A DNA stretch of 64,000 nt from an uncultured Chloroflexia bacterium (lineage in GTDB: Bacteria > Chloroflexota > Anaerolineae > B4-G1 > SLSP01): the NCBI GenBank assembly GCA_963751345.1, contig CAVVUS010000011.1, positions 96,001-160,000 on the forward strand, in the 5' to 3' direction. The notes under the pieces were generated by a model. That model saw nothing but the letters and a program-made list of their open reading frames with translations, was not told the DNA's origin and did no database searches. A program made the position numbers and the translations under genes. Of the stretch, positions 1 to 10,501 are shown piece by piece; position 1 is the stretch's first letter, and every line of letters starts with the position of its first letter.

Positions 1-646
1 CCTCGGCCTCGTAGGCGATCCAACCTTTCTCGGGGTTGATCAGCACTTCATCGGATGCCGTCGGATGGAAGGTCTTTGTCCCGTCGTGCTCGGTGGGGGC
101 GATGGCGAGGGGTGGGGAGGGAGTGGGGGGCGGCGGGGTAGGCTCCGTGTAGCTAATCGTGGGGTTCCAGGCTGTGGCGTCGCCGCTAGCATCGCCCTCG
201 TTCATATTCACGACGAAGCGGATCTGATCACCGGCGTTAACTACCACGGTGAAGTCGTGGTTGAGTCCGACGGTGTCGTCGGGGGCAAGCGTTGTCCAGG
301 CATCAGCCATCGTCCCGCCGGGTGGCCAGACCTTGGCGTGGTTCCTGGTGATGCGCACGCGCACGCCGTCGCCCTGCGGTGCCTCGTGCCTGGCGACCTT
401 GCCCGTGATGCGGATGGTCCCGTCCTGAGGCGCTTCCCAACCGAGCACCGCATCGTGTGCCCGGTTGTTCACCAATCCCGGGTGCATCACGCCTGGACCG
501 ATGTACGGGGCATCGATGTCCGCGGCCGCCTGCCAGCGCCCGTTAGCCCAGACCAACGGCAGGTTCATCGGTCGTTCGTAGAACCACCGGTCGCGTCCCT
601 GCGTCGCTGAGAAACCATCCGCTGCTGTCCAAGTCTCTTTTCGCAT
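1..646 (-). CDS. Partial gene (runs off the left edge): N-terminal beta-sandwich/carbohydrate-binding-like domain, Pro/Thr linker, start of a DUF4874/DUF4832-like putative glycoside hydrolase domain
   Basis: Manual translation of the minus strand from ATG at 646 (RBS AGGAGG upstream) is open to position 1: MRKETWTAADGFSATQGRDRWFYE...GDGVRVRI...TAWNPTISY-TEPTPPPPTPSPP-...EVLINPEKGW. It is absent from the ORF track because no stop lies in the window. Confidence 0.6.
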   Translation of the reverse strand, partial: MRKETWTAADGFSATQGRDRWFYERPMNLPLVWANGRWQAAADIDAPYIGPGVMHPGLVNNRAHDAVLGWEAPQDGTIRITGKVARHEAPQGDGVRVRITRNHAKVWPPGGTMADAWTTLAPDDTVGLNHDFTVVVNAGDQIRFVVNMNEGDASGDATAWNPTISYTEPTPPPPTPSPPLAIAPTEHDGTKTFHPTASDEVLINPEKGWIAYEAE

Positions 647-868
647 CAGGCGCCTCCTGTATGCTAGCCTACACCTCGCGGGAGCGATTCACCTTGTGGC
701 TGTGTGCTCTGCTCGCCGGATGCTACTGGTATAGAACACAATGACGCGCATGCAAGAGCGTGCCCGAGGCTATTGTGGCCCCCATTGTCAGGGCCACGAA
801 TGCATCGTAGCTAAGCCTAAAGCATGTCTGATAGCTGGGCACGCCTCCCAAGGACCGGTCGCCGCGTC

Positions 869-897
869 TGGACTTTGTTTGGATTGTGTAGTATCTA
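869..897 (+). promoter_or_regulatory. Putative sigma70-type promoter of MFS copy 1 (TGGACT-N17-TATCTA)
   Basis: Conserved at the same spacing upstream of the paralogous MFS gene (23712-23740, TGGACA-N17-TATTTG). Confidence 0.35.
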
Positions 898-996
898 TTA
901 CGCCGACACTGCATCGACGAGGCTGCCGGACCCTTCGCCGCTGACCCGGCGCCTCGATAGGCGCCCTGGCGCGGCTAACAGATCGAGGATTGCCTA

Positions 997-2360
997 ATGA
1001 GAAACATCGACCGCAAGTGGTGGGTGCTGATCGCCATCGGCGCCGGCTCGTTTATGTCTGCGCTGGATGGCAGTGTTGTCAACACCATCCTGCCGATCTT
1101 GCGCGCAGCCTTCAACAGCAACGTGGCTACCATCGAGTGGGTTGTGACCATCTACCTGCTGGTGCTGAGTGGCCTGCTACTGACTTTTGGCCGCCTGGGC
1201 GATTTGCGCGGGCACAAGATCGTCTACGTTTGGGGTTTCGGTATCTTCGTCACAGGTTCCATACTGTGTGGCGCAAGTGGATCAGCGACCGCATTGATTG
1301 TTCTCCGTGGTCTACAGGCCATTGGATCTGCCATGCTGGCCTCCAATGCACCCGCGATTGTGACCGGCAATGTACCTGCCGCGGAGCGTGGGCGTGCCTT
1401 TGGCCTGGTTTCCGCCATGACTTACCTGGGACTGACCGTTGGCCCATCGTTGGGTGGGGCGCTGGCCCACGCTCTTGGGTGGCGGACGGTATTCTACATC
1501 AATGTACCGGTTGGGGGGGCGGCATTGGCCCTGAGTCTGATCTTCATTCCGAAGGATTCTCCTCCGGAGAGTGAGAAGCGCTTCGATCTGCTGGGGGCAG
1601 CCGTGTTCGTGATAGGGCTGACTTCGCTCTTGCTGGGCCTGAATAAGGGCGCTGAATGGGGCTGGTTTTCTGCGGCGGTCCTGGGACTGCTGGCGCTGGC
1701 TTTGGTCCTGCTCTTCGTTTTCATCCTGATCGAGCGCGGCTCTTCCGCTCCTATGCTGGATCTGGGTCTCTTCCGCATCCCCCTGTTTTCGACTTCGGTT
1801 GTCAGCGCAGTGCTGAACTATATCTGCGTCTACAGTATCACCTTTCTGATACCTTTCTACCTGATCCAGGGACGCGGGCTGAATCCCGCCCAGGCGGGCC
1901 TGCTACTAACCGTGCAGCCGGTGATGATGGCGATCACCGCTCCGATTAGCGGCGTCTTGTCGGATAAAGTCGGTTCACGCAGGCCGGGGATGCTTGGTAT
2001 GGCGATTCTGGCTGGAGGTCTGTTTCTGCTCTCCAGGCTGGGAGCTGAATCGGGTCTATGGATGGTGGCCGTGGGACTGGCAATTGTGGGTGTTGGTACG
2101 GGTACGTTCATCTCCCCAAATACCAGCGTTTGATGGGGGCTGCGCCCCGCGCCCGGCAGGGGATCGCCTCGGCGGTTCAAGGTGCGGCGCGCAGTGGGTA
2201 TGGTGCTGGGGATTCGATTGGCCGGTGCTGTTCGCACCACCCAGTTGGCCCAAAACGCAGCAGATGCCCTGAATCGAGGGATTAGCCAGGCGTTGATCGT
2301 AGTCGCTGGGGTGGCCGCGTTGGGACTATGGCATCAGCCCTCAAAGATGAGGTCATCGGG
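997..2360 (+). CDS. DHA2 (EmrB/QacA-family) MFS drug efflux pump, 3' end frameshifted (pseudogene or sequencing error)
   Basis: MSALDGSVVN, GRLGDLRG motif A, WRTVFYINVPVG, PMLDLGLFR. The frame breaks at ~2130 relative to the intact paralog at 23840-25210, and the rest of the C-terminus is in ORF 2182-2400. Confidence 0.85.
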
Positions 2361-2374
2361 GAATATGCCGCCGC

Positions 2375-4557
2375 CTACGGGATCGCCGGAGGGCCGCTAA
2401 CCTCCAACTCCGCAAACTGCATCGCGAAATCATCGTCCTCGACTCGCCAAGCTGCGTGGCCGTCACGCGGATGTAGCGGTAGGCGCCGGGCGCGAAGTTG
2501 AAGGCCTGCACTTGCCGTGCGGGATCGCCGGGATCGTAGTCGGTCTCGGTCACCAGGTCGGTCCAGGCGTCCGGTGTCACGGCGCCCTGGATGATGAAGT
2601 CCACCGGGAAGCCGGCACCCTCGTATTGCAGATCGTCGCGTGGGTACAGGCGCACGGTATCCACCACGGCCGGTGCCCCGAGGTCGACCTGCACCCATTC
2701 GGTCTGGTCCGGATCGCCGTGGATGTCGCTCGACCAGCCCAGCGCATCAGGCAGGCTGTGCCGGATCTCGTCCACCAGGCGATCGGGGCTCCATCCCGAC
2801 CCATCATACGCGGAACTGCTCGCCACTTGCTTCGTGGCTGCGTAGTTGTCGGGCTGTGTCGGCGCTGCTACGGCTACATCGCCCGGCGACTCCTGCCCGG
2901 TGGGTGTCAGCAGGACCAGCATCACGCTATCCGGTGGCAGGTCATATCGCTCCGCAAAGCCGTCGCTTGGCACTGACCTTCCCCGATCGATGGCTGTCAG
3001 CGCTTCCGTCGGCCCAACGTCATAGCCCCGAAGTCCCTGGACGTAGTCGTTGTAGTAGTTGGCGTGCGTCGCATCGATCAGGTAGCGAGTCACGACGACA
3101 TCCTGACCACCTGTCAACGTCGGAAGGCCACCTACCGAAAGGTCGACGGTTCGCCCGCTCTCCCAGTAGTTCCAGATCAGCACCGCTACCTGTCCCGACC
3201 CGTCGCGCGTAGCCATGGCGTAGCTGTGCTGATCCCCGGTGTTGTCGCCCGTCACGACGGTCGTGAGGCGGCGCTCGCCGAGGCGCGAGATCATGTCGAA
3301 GAGGTTGTACGTTGCCTTGCGATGGCCGTTGACGGTCAGCAGGCCCAGATCCCCGTTGAAGATCTGGCGCGGCGTGTAGCCCTCGATCGGCGTGAAGAAG
3401 AAGGCCCGGCGGATGCCGGGATGTGCGAGAAGGTCGTAGAGCTTCACCGCGACCGCTGAGGCGCCGACATTCGTGTCCGAGGGTGCTCCCGGGCCGGTAG
3501 TCATGCTCGGCGTCAGGTTCCACTCCGTCACATAGATCTCGCGAGGCGCCAAGCCGGCATCGGCGATCATCGTCTCGACCGTGGCCACGTTCCAGGCGAG
3601 GGTGTAGGGTTGCAGACCGTCGCCGTCGGGGTCGCTGTAGTCGTGGTAGGAGACGAAATCCAGTGCCACATCGGGATACGTCTTCACATAGCTCAACAGG
3701 GCGCCCAGTTTGCTGCCCGGCGAGGTCACGGAGCTGTCTGCCGAGCCGCCCACACGCGCAGTCGGGTCAGCCTCTTTCACTGCCCGGGCGGTTGCGCCGT
3801 AGAGGTTGACGTACTGCTCGGGGTTACCATAGAAGAAGAACTCCAGGTCCGGCTCGTTCCAGACTTCCCAAGTCAGGCCGGAGTAGCCGAGGCTCTGGTA
3901 GTGCTCGACGAAGGTACGGACCACCTGCGCCCATTCGTCCAGGTTACCCGGTGGCGTCTTCGACTGCCCTCGGGGGTCCAGTGCCTCCGGCTTGTAGGAG
4001 AGACACATCAGTGGCTGCATCCCTTGCTGAAGGATCGGCACGACGACACGGTCGAGCCGCGAGAAGTCAAACTGAAGACTGCCGCCAGCATCACGCCAGA
4101 CCACACTGTAGAAAGCGTCATCGGTGAGATGATCCAGACGGATCATGTCCATCCCGATCGCAGCCAGCTCATCGTAGGTGTCGGGGAGCCAGTTGACGTT
4201 TTCCATCGGTGCGTAGCCGCCTGCGGCACTGTTGAGCATCCGTGTCTTGTCGAAGGCACCTTCCTCCCCGGTGGCGTCCACGTCCACCGCCAGCGGCAGG
4301 ATGGCGAGCGGCGTCGGTGTCGGTGTTGTCTGTGCGGGTGGCTCCGGCGCCGGTGGCCTCGTTGCCGTTGCAGGTGTCGAAATGGATGGGGCCTCCGTTG
4401 GTGTCGCGATCGGCGGCAAGATGGTCTTCGCCGGCCTCTGCGTCACCGGGCTAAGTGTCTGGGTGGTCGGCGACGTCGCCGGCGGGGTCTGGGATGCTGA
4501 GCAGGCTGCCGCCAGCACGATGACCATCCCCAAAAGTATCCACAGCCTCTTGCGCAA
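2375..4557 (-). CDS. Lipoprotein with GH39-like (beta-xylosidase/iduronidase clan GH-A) domain and C-terminal F5/8 type C (discoidin) domain
   Basis: TTG start with GGAGAGGAG RBS, lipobox LAAAC, Pro/Thr linker, WEVWNEPD and IYVTEWN catalytic motifs, EWVQVDLG and RYIRV discoidin motifs. A probable frameshift at ~2440 leaves the true end as ...FAMQFAELEVSGPPAIP (ORF 2375-2698). Confidence 0.8.
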
Positions 4558-4762
4558 TTCGCTCTCCTCTCCGGGGCTCGCCTGCTGACGCGGGCCCAAT
4601 CAGTGCGGGTATGTAAGGGCTGCATAGTACCACACTGGGCCACGAGGCAAGGCTGAAGCGCAGGCCTGATCTCAGCTAGCGGGACGATGCTCGTGATCAG
4701 CCGTCACAGCGAAGAGGAACTTGCCCCGCTGATCTACAATACACGCCCGAACGTTGGCCGGT

Positions 4763-6079
4763 TCAGAACAACAGCGGAACCGCAATCAGCAAGAACAGCC
4801 CCCACACCAGGTAGGCATTCGTCGCGTAACCGAAGACTGATTGCAGTGACTCCACCCATTGACCACGGGCGTCTCTGAACTGTCTGTAGAGCAGCCAGCC
4901 CAGAATGGCCATGTTGATGACGTTCCAGCCGATGATCGTCAGCCGATTGGGTGTTAGCCCACCCTCGATGGTGCGGAAGACGGTGGCAGAGAGTGCATAA
5001 GCGCCGACCAGCTCTACCAGGATGGCTACCGCGATGATACCCCTGCGCAGCCACGTTTGAAGCGCCGGAGATAGAACGTCTCCCCGGATAGGCGTAGCAC
5101 CCAGGAGCAGCCCAAGGATGGCAAAGAGCATAAGGTTATAGACGATCAGGACATCCCGGTTCTCATAGGGCGCCAGGAAGTTGAAGGGGATCACGAGGAT
5201 ATAGATCACCAACACGCCCAGGGTCAAAGGTAGCAACAGCCGCATCATCGTGGCGATGAATCTACTCAGGCCTTGGTCGAAATCCTGCTCCGAGGGTGGC
5301 ACGCGAGGGTCGTAGATCGTGGCGATGGCCAGAACCGGCAGCAGACCAAAGCCGCCGGCGGCGATCAACCGCATCCAGATTTCCGGCAAGTTGATGCTCA
5401 GTGCAGCAAACATCCCCACGGTAATGCCGCCGAAGGCCACGCCTGCAATCAGATACAGGCCGGCCGTGATCATAACTTCGACCGATCTGAACAGGAAAGC
5501 AAAACGGTCTTGTATGCTGGATCTGAATCCCAGAACCGAAATGCCCAGGCCGACCCAACACAACAAAGGAATGTGAATGGCAGCCAGAACGATAAACTGG
5601 TCGGCCTTCCAGATCGGGTCGAGGGTTGGCGCCAGTATGACTGCATACGCCGCGGTTGCCAGCAAGCCCAATCCCAGAGCCAGCGCACGGCCATAGTGCT
5701 TCTTGGAGGTGAGTGCCATGAAGATCAGTGCGCTCATCGTCGCGATGGGCGACCACCAGAGCAGCAACTGAGGGATCCTCTCCAGCACGATCAGGTGCTG
5801 TACATCGGAAAGGGCCCAGAAGATCAGGCCCGTCAACACGCTGAGAGGCACGGCCGCAATCCAGTTTACGCCCCGGTCGGGTTTCGCCGATGCCTCCGCG
5901 ACCTGCTGGAACCGGTAGAACCATGCGGCATAGAGCATATTCTCAGGCGCCGTTTCATAGCAGGCCAAGAGGGCGGACTGGAAAGCTCCTGCCTGCCCCT
6001 TTCGTCGCGCATCCCGATAGAGCTGCTCCAGCTTGTGAGGATCTGAGCCTGCCGTCCGGATTTCCGCTTCGAGTTCCAT
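4763..6079 (-). CDS. Polytopic membrane protein (DUF4153-like)
   Basis: ATG at 6079 after GGAGG; about 11 hydrophobic segments; GLTPNRL motif near the C-terminus. Confidence 0.6.
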   Translation of the reverse strand: MELEAEIRTAGSDPHKLEQLYRDARRKGQAGAFQSALLACYETAPENMLYAAWFYRFQQVAEASAKPDRGVNWIAAVPLSVLTGLIFWALSDVQHLIVLERIPQLLLWWSPIATMSALIFMALTSKKHYGRALALGLGLLATAAYAVILAPTLDPIWKADQFIVLAAIHIPLLCWVGLGISVLGFRSSIQDRFAFLFRSVEVMITAGLYLIAGVAFGGITVGMFAALSINLPEIWMRLIAAGGFGLLPVLAIATIYDPRVPPSEQDFDQGLSRFIATMMRLLLPLTLGVLVIYILVIPFNFLAPYENRDVLIVYNLMLFAILGLLLGATPIRGDVLSPALQTWLRRGIIAVAILVELVGAYALSATVFRTIEGGLTPNRLTIIGWNVINMAILGWLLYRQFRDARGQWVESLQSVFGYATNAYLVWGLFLLIAVPLLF

Positions 6080-6469
6080 CGCTGCCTCCGAGATACGTCG
6101 CGTGTTGAGTGCCGGGTCGTTGGGTACGGCACACGAAGATGACCCGATATAGTGACCATGATACAGCCAACGGGCCTCTCTGTCGACGGTGCAAGACCGC
6201 GGCAGGCTGCACTCAAGTGCTTGACACGCTCCGTCCGGCTCCGAGGCTTCTCGGCCTCCTGGGCAACGGAGGGCTTCCCTATCCCAGGTAGGGCTACCTG
6301 CGATTACCGGATGCCTCGCCGCGCGGACCGCCATCAGGTCCTGAGCTGCACTGTCCTTGCGGGACCCGCCAAGGTCGGGTATGCTTGGGCCGTGACGATG
6401 GGAAGCCCTATCGGGGAGTGCCGGGTAGGGTTTCTTTGCTGATGAGAATCACCCAATGGAGATTCCTGA

Positions 6470-7273
6470 ATGAACGCTGTCATTACAGGGGCATCCTCGG
6501 GAATAGGCAGGGCGCTGGTGAGAACCTTCGCTCGGAACGGCCACGCTGTTCTCGCAGTGGCGCGACGAGAGGAGCGCCTGCTGGCGCTCTGCCAGGAAAT
6601 GGCGGACGCATGCCAGGCCACTGTCTACCCCCTCGCCCTGGACCTCACTTCTTCGGACGCGCCGGAGATCCTGTTCGGGGAAGCCGTCCGCGTTTTCGGG
6701 AAAGTCCACGTGCTCATCAACAACGCCGGGATGAGCCCCTATCAGGAATTCGGTGAATTGAGCGCGCTGCACCTGCGCCAGACCATTGTTCTCAACGTGC
6801 AGTCTTTAACAGAACTGTGTCACCTCTTCATACCCCACATGCTGGCCCACGGTGAACCCAGCCATGTGGTGAATGTGGGCTCCGTGGGAGGCTACGCGCC
6901 TCTTCCCCACTTCTCCGTCTACACGGGGACGAAGCACTACGTTCGGGTCTTCACCGACTTGCTCTACCATGAGTACCGTGGCACCAATATCCATATCGGC
7001 GCCCTTCATCCCGGAGGGACGCTGACGGAGTTCCCCGAACTCGCCGGCCAGCGCGTGAGGCGGTTCGCTCGGAGAGGCATGCTGACGCCAGAACAGGTGG
7101 CGGAGAGCGCCTATCCTGCCATTCTCAAGGGAAGACGGATCATCATCCCGGGCGCCACGAACAAGCTGGCCGTCGTTATGGGCAAGGTGCTTCCTTTCCC
7201 CTGGGCTATTCGGGTGATGGAGCTCGTCTATAACCTCACTGTTGCTAGGACACCGCCCACCTACCCATTGTAG
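6470..7273 (+). CDS. Short-chain dehydrogenase/reductase (DltE-like)
   Basis: TGASSGIG, NNAG, YTGTK (YxxxK). Confidence 0.9.
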   Translation: MNAVITGASSGIGRALVRTFARNGHAVLAVARREERLLALCQEMADACQATVYPLALDLTSSDAPEILFGEAVRVFGKVHVLINNAGMSPYQEFGELSALHLRQTIVLNVQSLTELCHLFIPHMLAHGEPSHVVNVGSVGGYAPLPHFSVYTGTKHYVRVFTDLLYHEYRGTNIHIGALHPGGTLTEFPELAGQRVRRFARRGMLTPEQVAESAYPAILKGRRIIIPGATNKLAVVMGKVLPFPWAIRVMELVYNLTVARTPPTYPL

Positions 7274-7374
7274 GCTGTCTGCAGACCGTGACCTCGACAT
7301 CGGCCGATCGACGAAGGTAGAGATGAGGCAAGCTGTGCAATCTCCAAGACAAAGCAGGAAATGAGACAGGACGG

Positions 7375-8367
7375 ATGCCTATGAAGGTTCTGATGGTGGG
7401 CTCTGGCGCCGTGGGGCAGGTGTTCGGCCTATTCCTCGCCAACTCCGGCGTTGAGCTGGCCTTCTATGCCCGACCCGGATCTGCCGATGGGCTGAGAGAG
7501 GCACTGGAGCACGGCGGGCTGCCGTTGTTCCAGATCTCCTATCTTCATAGGCGGAACCCCATCGCTCACCGACTGAAGGCCTATCAGGTGGTGACGGATG
7601 TGGCCGAAAGTCAGAGATTCGACCCGGACCAGATTTGGTTTGCCGTGCCCTCGCCTGTCTACTACTCTGAGTGGTTCCGGATGTTCCTGCGCGAGGTGCC
7701 CTCTGAACGCGTGGTGTGTTTCGCTCCTGAGGGGGGACGGCCTGAGATCGTCCCCGAAGGTGTACCTGAGGGCAGGCTGGTTTTCGGAGGGATCACGTTC
7801 GTCGCCTGGCAAGGAGATCTGGAAGGCGGAGGCGGACGGTCGGAAGGGGTGAACTTCTGGCTGCCACCCGGTCCGGGGATCCCTCTGATGGGCGCAGAGA
7901 AAGCCTGTCTCGAGGTGAAGGAGGTATTGGCGACCGCAGGGATCCGCAGTGGGGTAAAGGATCCGGGCTACCGCAGCAGTCAGGCGGCCGCGACCGCCCT
8001 GCTATCAACCTTTGTGGCGGGAATCGAGCTTTCAGGATGGTCGCTCGGGGCATTTCGTAGAGGTCCGTGGCTCAGACGGGCTGCACGTGGCTCGCGGGAA
8101 GCAGTGTCGGGCCAGCTTTCCAGCGCCGGCGGCCTCGCGCGGCGGCTTCTTGGGATTCCTCTATCGGCGGCGGGATTCTATCTGGTCACTCTTTTCCTGC
8201 CCATCTTCTTCCCATTTGACCTGGAGAAGTATCTGAAGTTCCACTACCTGAAGACCAGGCCGCAAACCCTCGCTTTGCTTGAGCTTTTCGTCAGTGACGG
8301 AAGCGGGCAGGGGCTTCCGGTGCAGAACATCCGGATCCTCCTCCAAGGACTCCTTGATTCCGCATGA
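7375..8367 (+). CDS. Ketopantoate reductase-like NAD(P)-binding protein
   Basis: VLMVGSGAVGQVFG Rossmann start typical of the PanE/ApbA N-terminus; remainder divergent. Confidence 0.55.
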   Translation: MPMKVLMVGSGAVGQVFGLFLANSGVELAFYARPGSADGLREALEHGGLPLFQISYLHRRNPIAHRLKAYQVVTDVAESQRFDPDQIWFAVPSPVYYSEWFRMFLREVPSERVVCFAPEGGRPEIVPEGVPEGRLVFGGITFVAWQGDLEGGGGRSEGVNFWLPPGPGIPLMGAEKACLEVKEVLATAGIRSGVKDPGYRSSQAAATALLSTFVAGIELSGWSLGAFRRGPWLRRAARGSREAVSGQLSSAGGLARRLLGIPLSAAGFYLVTLFLPIFFPFDLEKYLKFHYLKTRPQTLALLELFVSDGSGQGLPVQNIRILLQGLLDSA

Positions 8368-8515
8368 TGGCTAGGGTCGATGGACATCGGGCAGGCAGAT
8401 GAGGCGGGCTTCCGGGAAGTTGCCGGTTGCGGTCAGTCGACTAGACTGGAGATGAGCAGCACTTCATCGAAGACACAGAGTTCGTACCTACCCTAACGAG
8501 AGCACTGGAGGCCAT

Positions 8516-8833
8516 ATGCTCAAACACATTGTCTTGCTGAAACTGAAGCCTGGTGTGACGGCGGAACAGTCGTCCGCTCTGCTGGATGCCCTCACCAACC
8601 TGAAGGATCGGGGTAGCATCCCCGGCATCTTGGACGTATCCGGTGGCTACAACAACAGCCCCGAGGGGAAGAGCCAAGGCTACGACTACGGGTTCGTTAT
8701 GTGGTTTGAGGACGCGGAAGCCCGGGACCGGTATCTCCCGCATCCGGAGCATCAGGAACTCGGACGGCGGTACGTCGGCCCGATCGCCGAGGATGTGCTG
8801 GTCTTCGATTTCGAGTGCTCCTTGCCTGACTAG
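8516..8833 (+). CDS. Dabb family (stress-responsive A/B barrel) protein
   Basis: MLKHIVLLK, GYNNSPE, YLPHPEH, VLVFDF. Confidence 0.9.
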   Translation: MLKHIVLLKLKPGVTAEQSSALLDALTNLKDRGSIPGILDVSGGYNNSPEGKSQGYDYGFVMWFEDAEARDRYLPHPEHQELGRRYVGPIAEDVLVFDFECSLPD

Positions 8834-8849
8834 CTATCGGGCCATTGAT

Positions 8850-8892
8850 CTGCGCCGTGTCACGGACGTCCTCGACCCGCGGCACGGCGCAG
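8850..8892. terminator. Hairpin between convergent genes
   Basis: CTGCGCCGTG ... CACGGCGCAG inverted repeat. Confidence 0.45.
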
Positions 8893-8953
8893 CGATGAGT
8901 TGAGACTCACCCGGTCCGGTACGCCTCGTCCTTCCCATCGATGTGGCACACGG

Positions 8954-10174
8954 TTACTCCAGCGTCTTGACGTGCGGCTGCATCGCCCAGACCAGGACGA
9001 TGGCCAGCACAAAGAGCCCACTTAGGACAGTGAGAACCGCGGGAACGCCGAAGCGATCGGCGAACGCCCCTATGGGGATCGTGCCCAGTTGGGTTAGCCC
9101 GAACATCATCATGTACGCACTCATAAGCCGGCCCAGGTAGGGCGCATCACAGTTCACCTGCAGCAGAATGCGGTTGGTAACCATGTAGATGTTGCCTGCC
9201 GCACCGACGATGGCGAGCAGGATCAAGACCAAGGCAAAGGCCTGCGACCTGGAGAACAGGAGAAGCGCTACCCCCAAGACAACGCCCGAGCCGAGTAGCA
9301 GTTTGCCCTTGCTCCGGAAATCGCTCATCGAGGCCATGACCAACGAGCTGATGAGCGAGCCAACACCTGGCGCGGCCACGAGGATACCCAGCCCACTGGC
9401 GTCCAGATGCATCACGTCCTGCGCATACTTGGGCATGAGTGTGCCGTAGGGCATCGCGAAGAACCCCCTGAGGAAAACAAGGGCCAGCAGAGGGATCAGG
9501 GCAGGACAGATCCGGATGTACTTGACGCCGCTGGCAATGTCGGACCACACCGAAGCCGAACCCGGATCGGTCGAGCCGGTCAGCGGCAGCTTCAGCGTGG
9601 TCAGAAACACCGCCAGATAGAGCACGGCAACGCCGAAGTAGACAGCCGCCACGCCGACGGTATCGATGAGAAATCCGGCCAGCGAGGCGGCAAAGATGCC
9701 TGCCAGCCCCATGCCAATGGAGTTGAGTGACACGGCGTTCAACAACGTCTCACGATCGACCAACTCAGCAAGGTAGGCGTTCTGTGCCGGCATCAGCACC
9801 GCGAAAAGGACGCCGCGGAACAGTGAGTACACCACCAGGTGCCACACCTGTACAAGACCCAGTGAGATCACCACGGCGATCACCAGCGACGACAACACCA
9901 TCACGGCTCTTGTCCAGAGAAGTAATGTGCGTTTCTCGACGCGGTCTGAGAGCACGCCCGCCCACGGGGAGAGCGCCGAGCTGGCAATGCTCCAGCCGGC
10001 GCTCACCCAGCCCAAGGCGAGGGCAGAACCGGTGATCTCATAGATGAGCCATCCCTGGCCCACGCCGCCCATCTGCATGGTCGACGACGAAGCCAGCATT
10101 CCCAACCAATACCAGCGGAAGTGGCGATCCTGGAGTGCGGCAAATGTGGTGAGTCGGCGTGGCGCCGCGGTCAT
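8954..10174 (-). CDS. MFS transporter (MFS_3 / EntS-like)
   Basis: FAALQDRHFRWYW start, GVLSDRVEK motif A, 12 TM pattern. Confidence 0.85.
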   Translation of the reverse strand: MTAAPRRLTTFAALQDRHFRWYWLGMLASSSTMQMGGVGQGWLIYEITGSALALGWVSAGWSIASSALSPWAGVLSDRVEKRTLLLWTRAVMVLSSLVIAVVISLGLVQVWHLVVYSLFRGVLFAVLMPAQNAYLAELVDRETLLNAVSLNSIGMGLAGIFAASLAGFLIDTVGVAAVYFGVAVLYLAVFLTTLKLPLTGSTDPGSASVWSDIASGVKYIRICPALIPLLALVFLRGFFAMPYGTLMPKYAQDVMHLDASGLGILVAAPGVGSLISSLVMASMSDFRSKGKLLLGSGVVLGVALLLFSRSQAFALVLILLAIVGAAGNIYMVTNRILLQVNCDAPYLGRLMSAYMMMFGLTQLGTIPIGAFADRFGVPAVLTVLSGLFVLAIVLVWAMQPHVKTLE

Positions 10175-10391
10175 AGGTCGAGGTCCTCTCTTCGCTGTCG
10201 TCCCACGTTATGTTCTGGCATGTGCCTGAGATGGTAGTCACTTGCCCTGTTTGCACAAGAGGCCCTAGATCGCAAGAGTCCGCCCTCGGCAATTCTAGCG
10301 CCGGATGTGGCAACCAAGCTCACCAGCCGATGCTTGTCCACGGTTTGGGCCAACAGATCGCGTCCAGTATTAGCGTTCGCCCGCTCCGAGT

Positions 10392-10450
10392 CCTACCCAC
10401 CTGATTACCACGTTTGGGCGATGACACTAATACCATCCCACGGATATGCT
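10392..10450 (+). promoter_or_regulatory. Conserved promoter/operator, copy A (upstream of the serine hydrolase operon)
   Basis: CCTACCCA-cctg-ATTACCACGTTTGGGCG-ATGACA-N18-TATGCT; same architecture at 19161 and 20564. Confidence 0.7.
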
Positions 10451-10501
10451 GTACCTGTAGGGTGCGATGGATCTCACGAACACCCAGAAAGGACATGACC
10501 T

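Noticed and set aside
912-953. Resemblance to a guanidine-III riboswitch (GACGAGG...GCCGG...CCGGCG) upstream of the MFS gene
   Set aside because: The P1 pairing is missing and the motif is not conserved in the second copy of the leader
6293-6312. CTACC-N4-ATTACC as a fourth copy of the regulon operator
   Set aside because: It lacks the ACGTT core, the ATGACR -35 and the 18-bp-spaced -10
6392-6445. Possible fluoride riboswitch or hammerhead (GATGG...GCTGATGA)
   Set aside because: It lacks the required pseudoknot complement or GAAA core; only a simple hairpin is present
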